A stretch of 60,710 nucleotides of DNA, the filler included. It is 3 parts of 3 records of this genome, joined end to end, with 100 filler letters (N's around TTAATTAATTAA, not from the genome) between each part and the next. Parts side by side here need not be neighbours in the genome. Positions count along the whole stretch, not along the records: positions 1 to 23,472 come from DRR378314_2541; 2 more parts are not named here. One strand, 5' to 3'. Within the stretch, counting starts at the first letter, position 1; each line of letters starts with the position of its first letter. The translations under genes and the position numbers were made by a program. The notes under the pieces are model-generated. The model searched no databases. It was given only the letters and a program-made list of their open reading frames with translations, and was not told the origin of the DNA. This document shows positions 1-9,781 of this stretch, in pieces.

Positions 1-2
1 AA

Positions 3-1733
3 GTAAAAGTAGTCGTAAATCCACAAAAAATTAAAGAGGAAACTATTACTTATCAAATCCCTGCTATTGTACCAGGTACTTATGCTATGAGCAATTATGG
101 AAAATTTGTTTCTGATTTTAAAGCATTTGATTATAAAGGAAATGAACTTACTGTTGAAAAATTAGATGACAATTCTTGGCAAGTAAACAATGCTAAACAA
201 TTAGATAAGGTTTCATATTGGGTTGATGATACATTTGACTCAAAAGAGAAACATGGTATTTATGTTATGGCAGGAACAAATATTGAAGAAGGAAAAAACT
301 TCTTTTTAAACCTTCCTGGATTTATAGGTTATTTTAAAGGAAAGAAAGAGTTACCTTATCAAATTTCAGTAACACACCCAGCAAACTTATACGAAACTTC
401 ATCACTTATTAATAAGAACACAACCAAAACAGACAATACTAAAGATGTCTTTGTTGCTTCTCGTTATGATGAAATTTCTGACAATCCAATTATGTACGCT
501 CCATTAAACTCTGTAAGCTTTACAGTAAACGGAATTGAAGTAAATTTTGCGGTTTATTCTCCAAATGGAAAACATTCTGCAAAAGACATGGAAGCTGATT
601 TAAAGAAAATGGTAGAAGCACAAACCAATTTTTTAAAAGGGTTTAAAACAACCAACGAATACAATATTTTATTATACCTTTTCGATTCTAAAGTATATAA
701 ATGGAATAGTTTTGGTGCTTTAGAACACTTATCTTCTACTACCGTAGTTTATCCAGAAAGTTATTCGAAAGAACAGCTGGCAGAAGGAATGATTAACGGA
801 ACCGTTTCTCATGAGTTTTTTCATATTGTAACTCCGTTATCTGTACACTCAGAAGAAATTCACTCTTTTGACTTCAACAAACCTAATATGTCTAAGCATT
901 TATGGATGTATGAAGGAATTACAGAATATTTTGCAAACTTATTTCAAGTAAATCAGGGTTTAATTTCTGAACAGAAATTCATCAATGAAATGCAAGGGAA
1001 AATCACTTCATCTAAACGATATGATGATACCATGCCTTTTACAGAAATGAGTAAAAACATTTTAGATAAAAAATATGCTAAAAATTATGGTAATGTATAT
1101 CAAAAAGGAGCATTAATTGGAATGTGTTTAGATATTCTTCTTAGAGAAGAAAGTAAAGGTACTTATGGTGTTAGAAACTTAATGTTAGATTTATCTAAGA
1201 AATATGGATCAAAAAATGCTTTTAAAGATGATGAAATTATAGCAGAAATTACTAAGATGACATATCCATCTGTTGGAGAGTTTTTCAAAAATCATGTAGA
1301 AGGTAAAACACCTATTAACTACAATGATTTTTTTAAGAAAACTGGAATTGTCAAAAAAATGCAAACGGTAGACTCTAGGTATTTTGTTGATTTTACAAAC
1401 AGACCATTTATTGCTGTAAACAAAAAAAGAGAAATTCATTTTACAAAAAGAACAAACACTGGTTTAGTTGCATTAGGTGTAAAAGAAAATGATGTTATTA
1501 AAAGTGTAAACGGAGAAGCTTTAACTTTACAAAATGCCAATACTATTTTAGTAAAAACGTTTAGCTGGAAACCTGGAGACCAAATTAGTTTAGAAGTTAT
1601 TAGAGATGGTAAAATAATGAAACTAGAAGGTATTGCAATTCTTCCAAAAATAGATCAAGAAGGATATGGAATTGAAGATACCACTGCTAATAATGCAGCT
1701 TCAAAGTTAAGAAACGCTTGGTTTAAAGGATAA
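3..1733 (+). CDS. M61-family glycyl aminopeptidase with C-terminal PDZ domain (5'-partial)
   Basis: Frame is open from nt 3 (VKVVVNPQKIKEETITYQIPAIVPGTY, an M61 N-terminal motif), so the true start lies outside the window. GALEH and HEFFH...WMYEG zinc motifs; PDZ-like C-terminus (GVKENDVIKSVNG...IRDG). Confidence 0.88.
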   Translation, partial: VKVVVNPQKIKEETITYQIPAIVPGTYAMSNYGKFVSDFKAFDYKGNELTVEKLDDNSWQVNNAKQLDKVSYWVDDTFDSKEKHGIYVMAGTNIEEGKNFFLNLPGFIGYFKGKKELPYQISVTHPANLYETSSLINKNTTKTDNTKDVFVASRYDEISDNPIMYAPLNSVSFTVNGIEVNFAVYSPNGKHSAKDMEADLKKMVEAQTNFLKGFKTTNEYNILLYLFDSKVYKWNSFGALEHLSSTTVVYPESYSKEQLAEGMINGTVSHEFFHIVTPLSVHSEEIHSFDFNKPNMSKHLWMYEGITEYFANLFQVNQGLISEQKFINEMQGKITSSKRYDDTMPFTEMSKNILDKKYAKNYGNVYQKGALIGMCLDILLREESKGTYGVRNLMLDLSKKYGSKNAFKDDEIIAEITKMTYPSVGEFFKNHVEGKTPINYNDFFKKTGIVKKMQTVDSRYFVDFTNRPFIAVNKKREIHFTKRTNTGLVALGVKENDVIKSVNGEALTLQNANTILVKTFSWKPGDQISLEVIRDGKIMKLEGIAILPKIDQEGYGIEDTTANNAASKLRNAWFKG

Positions 1734-1744
1734 TTCAAAGTGTT

Positions 1745-1786
1745 TTATAAAAAAAGGCTACCAAAAAGGTAGCTTTTTTTTTATAA
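1745..1786. terminator. Bidirectional intrinsic terminator
   Basis: A-tract, GCTACC-AAAAA-GGTAGC hairpin, T-tract, between convergent genes. Confidence 0.8.
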
Positions 1787-2527
1787 TTATTTCACTATCA
1801 AATGAGGCACCTCTTCTAATTTCCAGTCAATTACCAAACCACCAGCTAATTGTTGTGCTATTTTTTTACCATATAAATACTCACATAAATATAATGCAGC
1901 TTCAAATGATTTTGCTCCTCCTGCAGATGTAATGTATTTACCATCGTGAACAAATAACACTTTCTTTCTGATATCTAAATCAGTAAACATTTCTCTCATT
2001 TTATCTACATCACTAGGAAAAGTTGTTGAGACTTTATCTTTTAAAACTCCTGCTTTAGCTAATACAAAAGCACCATCACAATGCGAAGTAACAAACTTAG
2101 CTTCCATATCAACTTTCTTTATAAAATTAATCATCGCTGTGTCTTCTATATCCGAATCTAAATGATGCTCAGCACTTGGCACAACCAAAATATCAATTTT
2201 TGGAAGAGAATCTCTTAAATAATTAAAATCTGGCAGTATTCGCATACCTTCAAAAGTTGTTATTGCATTATCTGTATTTGCAACGGTAAAAACATTCATC
2301 GCTTTAATTCCGTCTCTAAAAACAGTATGCTGAAAAATATCAAAAGGTGCTGTTAACTCGGTATTAAAAGTGCCATCCATAATTAAAAAAGCCACGTTAT
2401 ATCTGTCTTTTTCTAGTTTTGGAAACTGTTTTACAGATTTCTCATTTTTATCAGCCAAAACACTTTCTTTAGCGTTACCACAACCAATAATTAAAAACGC
2501 AAGTAATAAATAAACACAATTCTTCAT
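1787..2527 (-). CDS. DJ-1/PfpI family lipoprotein
   Basis: Lipobox-like IIGC; ELTAPFDIF, DILVVPS, SHCDGAFVLA (nucleophile Cys), DGKYITSAG. Confidence 0.85.
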   Translation of the reverse strand: MKNCVYLLLAFLIIGCGNAKESVLADKNEKSVKQFPKLEKDRYNVAFLIMDGTFNTELTAPFDIFQHTVFRDGIKAMNVFTVANTDNAITTFEGMRILPDFNYLRDSLPKIDILVVPSAEHHLDSDIEDTAMINFIKKVDMEAKFVTSHCDGAFVLAKAGVLKDKVSTTFPSDVDKMREMFTDLDIRKKVLFVHDGKYITSAGGAKSFEAALYLCEYLYGKKIAQQLAGGLVIDWKLEEVPHLIVK

Positions 2528-2643
2528 TTAGTAATTTTAATTTAATTTTTAATAAAAGTATTAAATTTCATTTTAACACTTTTGAAACCTAATAAAATGT
2601 TTTTTCTTTTGTAGATTTACCTTTAAATCAACACACTAACACA

Positions 2644-4584
2644 ATGAAAAAACAGGTTCTTTTTGCTTTTATAGCAATCTTTCTTTCAATACTCTTTTAC
2701 AATTGTAACAACAGCGAAGAAGTAATTTCACAAAAACCAAACACTTACGTTCAAGATAATTTCACAAAAAAGGAAGTTACAATAGAAATGCGTGATGGTA
2801 TAAAATTGCATACAGTAATTTACACCCCAAAAGATCAAAGTAAGACATACCCTATTCTATTACAGAGAACACCTTACAGTTGTGCTCCTTATGGAGATGG
2901 AAAATTTAAAACTCGTATTGGCCCTAATACACAGCTAATGAAAGAAGGAAACATTGTTGTATATCAAGATGTTCGTGGTCGGTGGATGAGTGAAGGAGTT
3001 TATGACAATATGAGAGCTTATATTCCAAATAAGAAAGACAATCAAACAGATGAAACAACAGATACTTATGACACAATTGATTGGTTGGTAAAAAACGTAG
3101 AAAATAATAACGGAAATGTTGGTACTTGGGGAATTTCATATCCTGGTCATTATGCAACTGTATCTGCAATAGATGCACATCCTGCATTAAAAGCTGCTTC
3201 TCCACAAGCTTGTATAGGCGATTTCTTTTTTGATGACTTTCATCATAATGGAGCTTTCTTATTAAGTTACTTCAGAGCAATCTCTTTATTTGGAGCATAT
3301 AAAGATCAACCAACAGACACTGCTTGGTATTCATTTCCTAAAATGAACACTCAAGATCAGTACCAATTCTTTTTAGATGCTGGACCTTTAAAAAACTTAA
3401 ACAAGTATTTTAGAAACGAAACTGTAGATAATGGCTCTCCGCAAAATAATGATAGAATTGATGATTTCTTTTGGAAAGAAATTACAGAACATCCTAATTA
3501 TGATGAAGTTTGGCAAAGTAAAGGAATTATTCAACACATGAATAAAGTACCTTCTACAGTAGCTACAATGATTGTCGGTGGAGAGTTTGATGCAGAAGAT
3601 TTATATGGTCCTTTAGAGACATACAAGGGTATAGAAAAACACGGTAAAGAAAATTATAACACTTTAGTCTTTGGCCCTTGGGATCATGGTGGTTGGGCAA
3701 GAAGCAGTGTTAAAAATACTGTCGGTAATTATTACTTTGGAGATTCTATTTCAATAAAATTCCAAAAGGAAATTGAATCTAAGTTCTTTAATCATTTCTT
3801 AAAAGGAAACGGAGATAAAAACTCTGGATTACCAGAAGCTTATGTTTATGATTCTGGTAAAAAAGAATGGAATTCTTATGATGTTTGGCCACCAAAAAAT
3901 ACAGTTAAAGAAAACTGGTTTTTAACTGATAATCAAAAATTAACTATTGCTCCTCCTGTGCATAAAAAATATATAAAACAAATAAAATTTATTAGCGACA
4001 TTAAACGTCCTGTCCCTTATTCAGAAGATATTAAAACGGTGTTTACTCCAAGAAAATATATGACGGATGATCAGCGTTTTGCTGCTCGTAGACCAGATGT
4101 TTTAGTATTTGAAACCGATGTTTTAACTGAAGATTTTACCTTAGCTGGTGATATTTTAGCCAAATTAAAAGTAGCAACAACAGGTACCGCTGCAGATTGG
4201 ATTGTGAAAGTGATTGATGTACATCCTGCTGATACTAAGAGCAATAATAAAAATATGCAAAACCATTTAAAAATGAGCAACTATCATTTAATGGTTAGAA
4301 GTGAAGTCATGAGAGGTCGATTTAGAAATAGTTTTTCTAAACCAGAACCTTTTAAGCCCAATAAGAAAACAAATGTAAACCTGAAGTTACAAGACGTTCA
4401 TCATACATTTAAAAAAGGACATAAATTACAAATACAAGTTCAAAGTACCTGGTTTCCTTTAATAGATTTAAATCCGCAAACTTATGTAGACAATATATTT
4501 AAAGCCGATGAAAAAGATTTTAAAACGCAAACACATACTGTCTTTACAGATTCTTCAATTGAATTTACCGTTTTAAAAAATTAA
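2644..4584 (+). CDS. CocE/NonD-family (S15) hydrolase, alpha-amino-acid ester hydrolase-like, probable lipoprotein
   Basis: MRDGIKL, RTPY, QDVRG, GISYPG nucleophile elbow, GPWDHG; N-terminal signal with Cys. Confidence 0.88.
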   Translation: MKKQVLFAFIAIFLSILFYNCNNSEEVISQKPNTYVQDNFTKKEVTIEMRDGIKLHTVIYTPKDQSKTYPILLQRTPYSCAPYGDGKFKTRIGPNTQLMKEGNIVVYQDVRGRWMSEGVYDNMRAYIPNKKDNQTDETTDTYDTIDWLVKNVENNNGNVGTWGISYPGHYATVSAIDAHPALKAASPQACIGDFFFDDFHHNGAFLLSYFRAISLFGAYKDQPTDTAWYSFPKMNTQDQYQFFLDAGPLKNLNKYFRNETVDNGSPQNNDRIDDFFWKEITEHPNYDEVWQSKGIIQHMNKVPSTVATMIVGGEFDAEDLYGPLETYKGIEKHGKENYNTLVFGPWDHGGWARSSVKNTVGNYYFGDSISIKFQKEIESKFFNHFLKGNGDKNSGLPEAYVYDSGKKEWNSYDVWPPKNTVKENWFLTDNQKLTIAPPVHKKYIKQIKFISDIKRPVPYSEDIKTVFTPRKYMTDDQRFAARRPDVLVFETDVLTEDFTLAGDILAKLKVATTGTAADWIVKVIDVHPADTKSNNKNMQNHLKMSNYHLMVRSEVMRGRFRNSFSKPEPFKPNKKTNVNLKLQDVHHTFKKGHKLQIQVQSTWFPLIDLNPQTYVDNIFKADEKDFKTQTHTVFTDSSIEFTVLKN

Positions 4585-4587
4585 GCC

Positions 4588-6774
4588 ATGAAAAGATTTT
4601 ATATTCTTGTTGTAGTTGCTTTTGTAAGCTGCTCAACAAACAAAGAATTGAGCGAACAAGAACGTTGGGAGTTACATGCAAAAAACACAGAAATTATTAG
4701 AGATGATTTTGGAGTTCCTCATATTTATGGAAAAACAGATGCAGATGCCGTTTTTGGATTACTTTATGCACAAGCAGAAGATGATTTTAACAGAATTGAA
4801 CGCAATTACATTTGGGCAATTGGAAGATTAGCTGAAATTGAAGGAGAAAAATCTTTATACAGTGATTTACGCGCTAGGCTATACATGACTAAAGAAGAAG
4901 CTCAAAAGCATTTTGAAGAAAGCCCGGCTTGGTTGCAGAAATTATGCATTGCTTTTGCTGATGGATTAAATTATTATTTGAAGACACATCCAGAAGTAAA
5001 ACCTAAATTAATTACCCACTTTGAACCTTGGATGCCAATGTATTTTAGCGAAGGTTCTATAGGTGGAGATATTGAAAGAGTATCTACTCGAAAAATTAAA
5101 AACTTTTACGATAAATCAAATAAAAAAATAGCAATCTCTGACGGTTTAATTAGATTACAAGATGATGAACCAAGAGGCTCTAATGGATTTGCAATTGCAG
5201 GTTCAAAAACCAAATCTGGAAATGCCATGTTATTAATTAACCCTCATACTTCATTCTTTTTTAGAGGAGAAGTACATGTTGTTAGTGAAGAAGGGCTAAA
5301 CGCATACGGAGCTGTAACTTGGGGACAGTTTTTTGTTTATCAAGGATTCAATGAAAAAACAGGTTGGATGCACACATCTACAGGAACAGATATTATTGAT
5401 GAGTTTGAAGAAACAATTGTAAAAGATGGATCGAAATCCTCATATAAATATGGTGAGGAAACTCGTCCTTTGGATTCTATTAAAGTGAATTTAAAATACA
5501 AATCTGCAGAAGGAATAAAAGAAAAATCATTTATGACTTATAGAACGCATCATGGACCAATCACACATGCAAACGGAGATAAATGGGTAACAACGGCATT
5601 AATGTGGAGCCCTGTAAAAGCGTTGATTCAATCCTTTACAAGAACAAAGAAATCAAATCATAAAGAGTTTTATGAAATGATGGATATAAGAACCAATTCT
5701 TCTAACAATACGGTTTATGCAGATGCTGATGGCACAATTGCTTATTATCATGGAAACTTTATTCCAAAAAGAAATAAAAATTTTGATTACACCAAACCTG
5801 TAGATGGCAGTAATCCTAAAACAGATTGGCAAGGACTACATCCTCTAGAAGATAATATTTTAGTATTAAACCCACCTAATGGATGGATTCAAAATTGCAA
5901 TTCTACTCCGTTTACAAGTGCCTTAGAATACAGCCCTAAAAAAGAAGATTACCCTGCATATATGTATTCTTTTCCTGAAAATTTTAGAGGAATACACGCA
6001 ATTCCATTATTAACAAAAGCAAAAGATTTAACTTTAGATTTGCTAATTGATTTATCATATGACACATATTTACCAGGTGCAGAAGTTTTAATCAATGGGG
6101 TGTTAGATGCTGCAAAAAAATCACCAGTAAGAAACAAAGAAGCTAAAGAAGCAATTGCTTTATTAAGAAAATGGGATTTTAGAGTTTCGGTTGATGCTAT
6201 TGAAATGACCATAACTCAATATTATATAAATGCCTATTATAAATCTGGAAAAATTCCTCGAAATAAAGGAAATAAACGAATGAATAGATTGTCTCGTTTT
6301 AATTACATGAGTAAAACCTCTAGTCCAACAGAAAGACTTATGGTTTTTCAGAAAGCCATCAATAAACTAAAAGCAGATTTTGGAACTTGGAAAACTCCAT
6401 GGGGAGAGTTTAACCGCTATCAAAGAAATGATGGGGAAATTAAACAAGATTTCGACGACACTAAACCAAGCATTCCAGTTGGAATGGCTTCTGGTCGTTG
6501 GGGAGCTTTGGCATCATATGGAACTCGTTTTGGTAAAGACACAAAGAGACAATACGGAACTTCTGGTAATAGTTTTGTTGCTGTTGTAGAATTTGGAGAT
6601 AAAGTTACTGCTAAAACAATGTTAGCTGGTGGGCAAAGCGGAAATCCTGACTCTCCACACTTTGCAGATCAAGCACAAAGATATGCAGACAAGCAATTTA
6701 AAGATGTAGCTTACTATAAAGAAGATGTTTTAAAAAGAGCAAAAAAAACTTATCATCCTGGAAATAAAAACTAA
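4588..6774 (+). CDS. Penicillin acylase family (S45, Ntn-hydrolase) lipoprotein
   Basis: IIRDDFGVPHIYG, GSNGFAI (beta-subunit N-terminal Ser), LLINPH, GGQSGNPDSPHFADQA. Confidence 0.9.
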   Translation: MKRFYILVVVAFVSCSTNKELSEQERWELHAKNTEIIRDDFGVPHIYGKTDADAVFGLLYAQAEDDFNRIERNYIWAIGRLAEIEGEKSLYSDLRARLYMTKEEAQKHFEESPAWLQKLCIAFADGLNYYLKTHPEVKPKLITHFEPWMPMYFSEGSIGGDIERVSTRKIKNFYDKSNKKIAISDGLIRLQDDEPRGSNGFAIAGSKTKSGNAMLLINPHTSFFFRGEVHVVSEEGLNAYGAVTWGQFFVYQGFNEKTGWMHTSTGTDIIDEFEETIVKDGSKSSYKYGEETRPLDSIKVNLKYKSAEGIKEKSFMTYRTHHGPITHANGDKWVTTALMWSPVKALIQSFTRTKKSNHKEFYEMMDIRTNSSNNTVYADADGTIAYYHGNFIPKRNKNFDYTKPVDGSNPKTDWQGLHPLEDNILVLNPPNGWIQNCNSTPFTSALEYSPKKEDYPAYMYSFPENFRGIHAIPLLTKAKDLTLDLLIDLSYDTYLPGAEVLINGVLDAAKKSPVRNKEAKEAIALLRKWDFRVSVDAIEMTITQYYINAYYKSGKIPRNKGNKRMNRLSRFNYMSKTSSPTERLMVFQKAINKLKADFGTWKTPWGEFNRYQRNDGEIKQDFDDTKPSIPVGMASGRWGALASYGTRFGKDTKRQYGTSGNSFVAVVEFGDKVTAKTMLAGGQSGNPDSPHFADQAQRYADKQFKDVAYYKEDVLKRAKKTYHPGNKN

Positions 6775-6783
6775 ATCAATATT

Positions 6784-8661
6784 ATGAAAAAACAACTAAC
6801 ATGGCTATTACTGTTTACCTTATTTTTATCAGTATCAGCTCAAGAAAAAGCAACTCCAATTTTTAAGGATGGAGAAGCACAAATTGTAGAAGCTTTTAAA
6901 GATCCTAAAAATTGGATAAGACACGATCTTTGGGTTGAAACTACTTTTGATACAGACGGAGATGGAAAATTAGATAGAATGCATGTTGCTGTAACAAGAC
7001 CCAAACAAACAGACACCGAAGGACTAAAACTTCCGGTAGTATATGAATCTAGTCCATATTATGCAGGTACTGCAGGTTTTGCAGAAGGTTTATTTTGGAA
7101 TGTAAAACAAGAATTAGGAGAAACACCAAAACCAAGAACTCATGTAGAAGTACAAAGAAGAGGAAAGAGACCTATTATATCTAACTCTCAAATTAGAACT
7201 TGGGTACCTAGAGGCTATATTGTTGTTCATTCTTCTTCACCTGGAACAGGGTTATCTGACGGTGCTCCTACCGTTGGTGGAAAAAATGAATCTTTAGCAC
7301 CTAAAGCAGTTATAGATTGGTTATGCGGAAGAGCAAAAGGGTTTAAAAGCAGAACTGGAAATGAAATTGTTAATGCTTTTTGGTCTACAGGTAAAGTAGG
7401 AATGACCGGTACTTCTTATAATGGAACAATTCCTTTAGCAGCAGCTACAACAGGAGTTAAAGGATTAGAAGCAATTATCCCAATAGCACCAAATACTTCA
7501 TATTATCACTATTATAGATCTAACGGATTGGTAAGATCTCCTGGTGGATATTTGGGTGAAGATATTGATGTTTTATATGATTTTATTCATAGTGGTGGTG
7601 AAGATTTAATTCCTAATCCTAATTACTTTAAAGACACCAAAGGTTCTAAAAAATTTATTAGAAAAAGAGATTATAATAATGCCAAAGTTCGCGATACAGA
7701 AATGGCTAAAGGAATGGACAGAGCTACTGGAGATTATAATGATTTTTGGGCAGGAAGAGATTATTTGAATCAAATGAAGCCCATGAAGGCTGCACTTTTA
7801 ATGTCTCATGGATTTAATGACTGGAATGTAATGCCAGAACATAGTTATAGGATCTACAAACGTGCTAAAGAAATGGGAATTCCTTCTCAGATTTATTACC
7901 ATCAAAATGGGCATGGCGGACCACCACCAATGACAATGATGAATCGTTGGTTTACTCGTTATTTACACGGGATTGAGAATAATGTTGAAAATGATGCAAA
8001 AGCATGGATTGTAAGAGAAAACGATAAACAAAAAAAACCTACTTCATATAAGGATTACCCTAACCCTGCAGCAATTCCTGTTACTTTTTACTTAAATGCA
8101 GGTGCTCCTGAAGTTGGTAGTTTAACAACTACTAAAACAATTCAAAATAAAAGAGAAACCTTAGTAGATAATTATTCATTTTCTGGTGAAGCTTTGGCAC
8201 AAGCAGACAATACAAACCATAGATTGCTTTATGTTTCACCTACTTTAAAAGAAGATCTACACATTTCTGGTTTAGCTAATATTTCTGTAAAAATTGCAAG
8301 TAATAAACCAGCAGCAAACTTATCTGTTTGGTTGGTTTCTTTACCTTGGACAAAAGGAAGAAGAGTTAAAATTACCGATAATATTATTACTAGAGGATGG
8401 GCAGATTTACAAAATTATAAATCATTAAGAAAAAGTAAACCTTTAAAAAAAGGTAAGTATTATGAAATGTCATTTGATTTACAACCAGATGATCAAGTAA
8501 TAAAGAAAGGGCAACAAATTGGTTTGATGATTTTTTCAAGTGATAATAACTATACTCTTTTACCTAAACCTGGAACTGAATTAACTGTTGATTTAAACGG
8601 AACTTCAATAACAATTCCTATTGTTGGCGGAAAAGCATCTTTCGATAAAGCAACAAAATAA
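6784..8661 (+). CDS. Xaa-Pro dipeptidyl-peptidase (S15, PepX-like), secreted
   Basis: DTDGDGKLD, ESSPYYAG, GTGLSDG, GTSYNG catalytic Ser, HGFNDWNV; signal peptide. Confidence 0.88.
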   Translation: MKKQLTWLLLFTLFLSVSAQEKATPIFKDGEAQIVEAFKDPKNWIRHDLWVETTFDTDGDGKLDRMHVAVTRPKQTDTEGLKLPVVYESSPYYAGTAGFAEGLFWNVKQELGETPKPRTHVEVQRRGKRPIISNSQIRTWVPRGYIVVHSSSPGTGLSDGAPTVGGKNESLAPKAVIDWLCGRAKGFKSRTGNEIVNAFWSTGKVGMTGTSYNGTIPLAAATTGVKGLEAIIPIAPNTSYYHYYRSNGLVRSPGGYLGEDIDVLYDFIHSGGEDLIPNPNYFKDTKGSKKFIRKRDYNNAKVRDTEMAKGMDRATGDYNDFWAGRDYLNQMKPMKAALLMSHGFNDWNVMPEHSYRIYKRAKEMGIPSQIYYHQNGHGGPPPMTMMNRWFTRYLHGIENNVENDAKAWIVRENDKQKKPTSYKDYPNPAAIPVTFYLNAGAPEVGSLTTTKTIQNKRETLVDNYSFSGEALAQADNTNHRLLYVSPTLKEDLHISGLANISVKIASNKPAANLSVWLVSLPWTKGRRVKITDNIITRGWADLQNYKSLRKSKPLKKGKYYEMSFDLQPDDQVIKKGQQIGLMIFSSDNNYTLLPKPGTELTVDLNGTSITIPIVGGKASFDKATK

Positions 8662-8680
8662 TATATAATAATTAAAGTCT

Positions 8681-8716
8681 AAAAATCCGTCAAATATAAT
8701 TTTGACGGATTTTTTT
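8681..8716 (+). terminator. Intrinsic terminator
   Basis: AAAAATCCGTCAAA-TATAAT-TTTGACGGATTTTTTT. Confidence 0.85.
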
Positions 8717-8817
8717 CGGGTAAAAACACCTGTTTTATACTTGATTCAGCAAATAAAATTATAAAGATTATGAAAAGATATTTAGCTTTTTATACTTTAG
8801 AAAAAAAGCGCTCAAAA

Positions 8818-9405
8818 ATGACATCTACAGAATTTATATATAGAGATCGAGTTAAACTTCCATTTATTTTTGATACTCAAAAAATGCTTCAAGAATTTGA
8901 AACTTTACAACTTAACAGCTTTGAGTATTATAATGTAATTCCATTAAGATCTCCAGCTCACTTAGTAGATTCAACAACACCATTTCCACCTCCAGCAGAA
9001 GATTATGCGGATGGTTCTTGGTGTGATTGGCTTAATACCAATGCACTAGAAAGATCTCCATATTTAAAGAGTATTATTGAGAAGTTTCAAGAAAACACAA
9101 CAGTTACTTTAGTCCGTTTATTACGCTTAGCACCTCAATCTACAGTTAAAGAACACCAAGATGCAACTTTAGGTTTAGAAGTTGAAAAATCGGTAATAAG
9201 GCTTACAATCCCTATCCTAAATAAGGAAGAAATTGAATTTTATTTAAACAATTCTATTGTTAATATGAAACCAGGAGAGTGTTGGTATATGCGATTAACA
9301 GATCCTCATCGCGTTATTAATAATGGAAATACAGAAAGGGTAAATTTAACTATAGATATGATTCCAAATAAATGGTTAAGAAACCTAATAGCGAAAAATC
9401 AATAA
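8818..9405 (+). CDS. Aspartyl/asparaginyl beta-hydroxylase-domain (2OG-Fe(II)) protein
   Basis: RLLRLAP...EHQD (HxD)...RLTIPI...GECW...PHRVIN (distal His)...RVNL. Start placed at MTSTEF; the ORF track opens at 8770. Confidence 0.8.
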   Translation: MTSTEFIYRDRVKLPFIFDTQKMLQEFETLQLNSFEYYNVIPLRSPAHLVDSTTPFPPPAEDYADGSWCDWLNTNALERSPYLKSIIEKFQENTTVTLVRLLRLAPQSTVKEHQDATLGLEVEKSVIRLTIPILNKEEIEFYLNNSIVNMKPGECWYMRLTDPHRVINNGNTERVNLTIDMIPNKWLRNLIAKNQ

Positions 9406-9406
9406 A

Positions 9407-9781
9407 TTAAATTCGCCATGGCGGGTTTTTTCGATTATCACCTCCAAAAAATAAAATTATTTTATTTCCATCTGGATCTAATACATGTGCTTCTCTCCAT
9501 AACCAACGTTGATCTGTTGGAAGTAACGAAAACTCTATTTCTTTCTTTTGTAAATCTAAAACTAATTCATCTAAACTATCATCTTCAAAATAAATAGTTA
9601 TTCCATCTCCTATAGGTAATTTTTCTACCAAATGGATAGAAAAAGTTGCTTCACCGTCTGGCAATTCAAAACGAACATATCTTGGCAATGCATCAACAAT
9701 TAAAAGCATACCCAATTTCTTATAAAACTGAACCGATCTCTCTACGTTTAAAGATGGTATTGTAATTTGATTTAATCTCAT
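9407..9781 (-). CDS. VOC/glyoxalase family protein
   Basis: LNQITI, SVQFYKKLG, WLWREAHVLDPDGN. Confidence 0.88.
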   Translation of the reverse strand: MRLNQITIPSLNVERSVQFYKKLGMLLIVDALPRYVRFELPDGEATFSIHLVEKLPIGDGITIYFEDDSLDELVLDLQKKEIEFSLLPTDQRWLWREAHVLDPDGNKIILFFGGDNRKNPPWRI

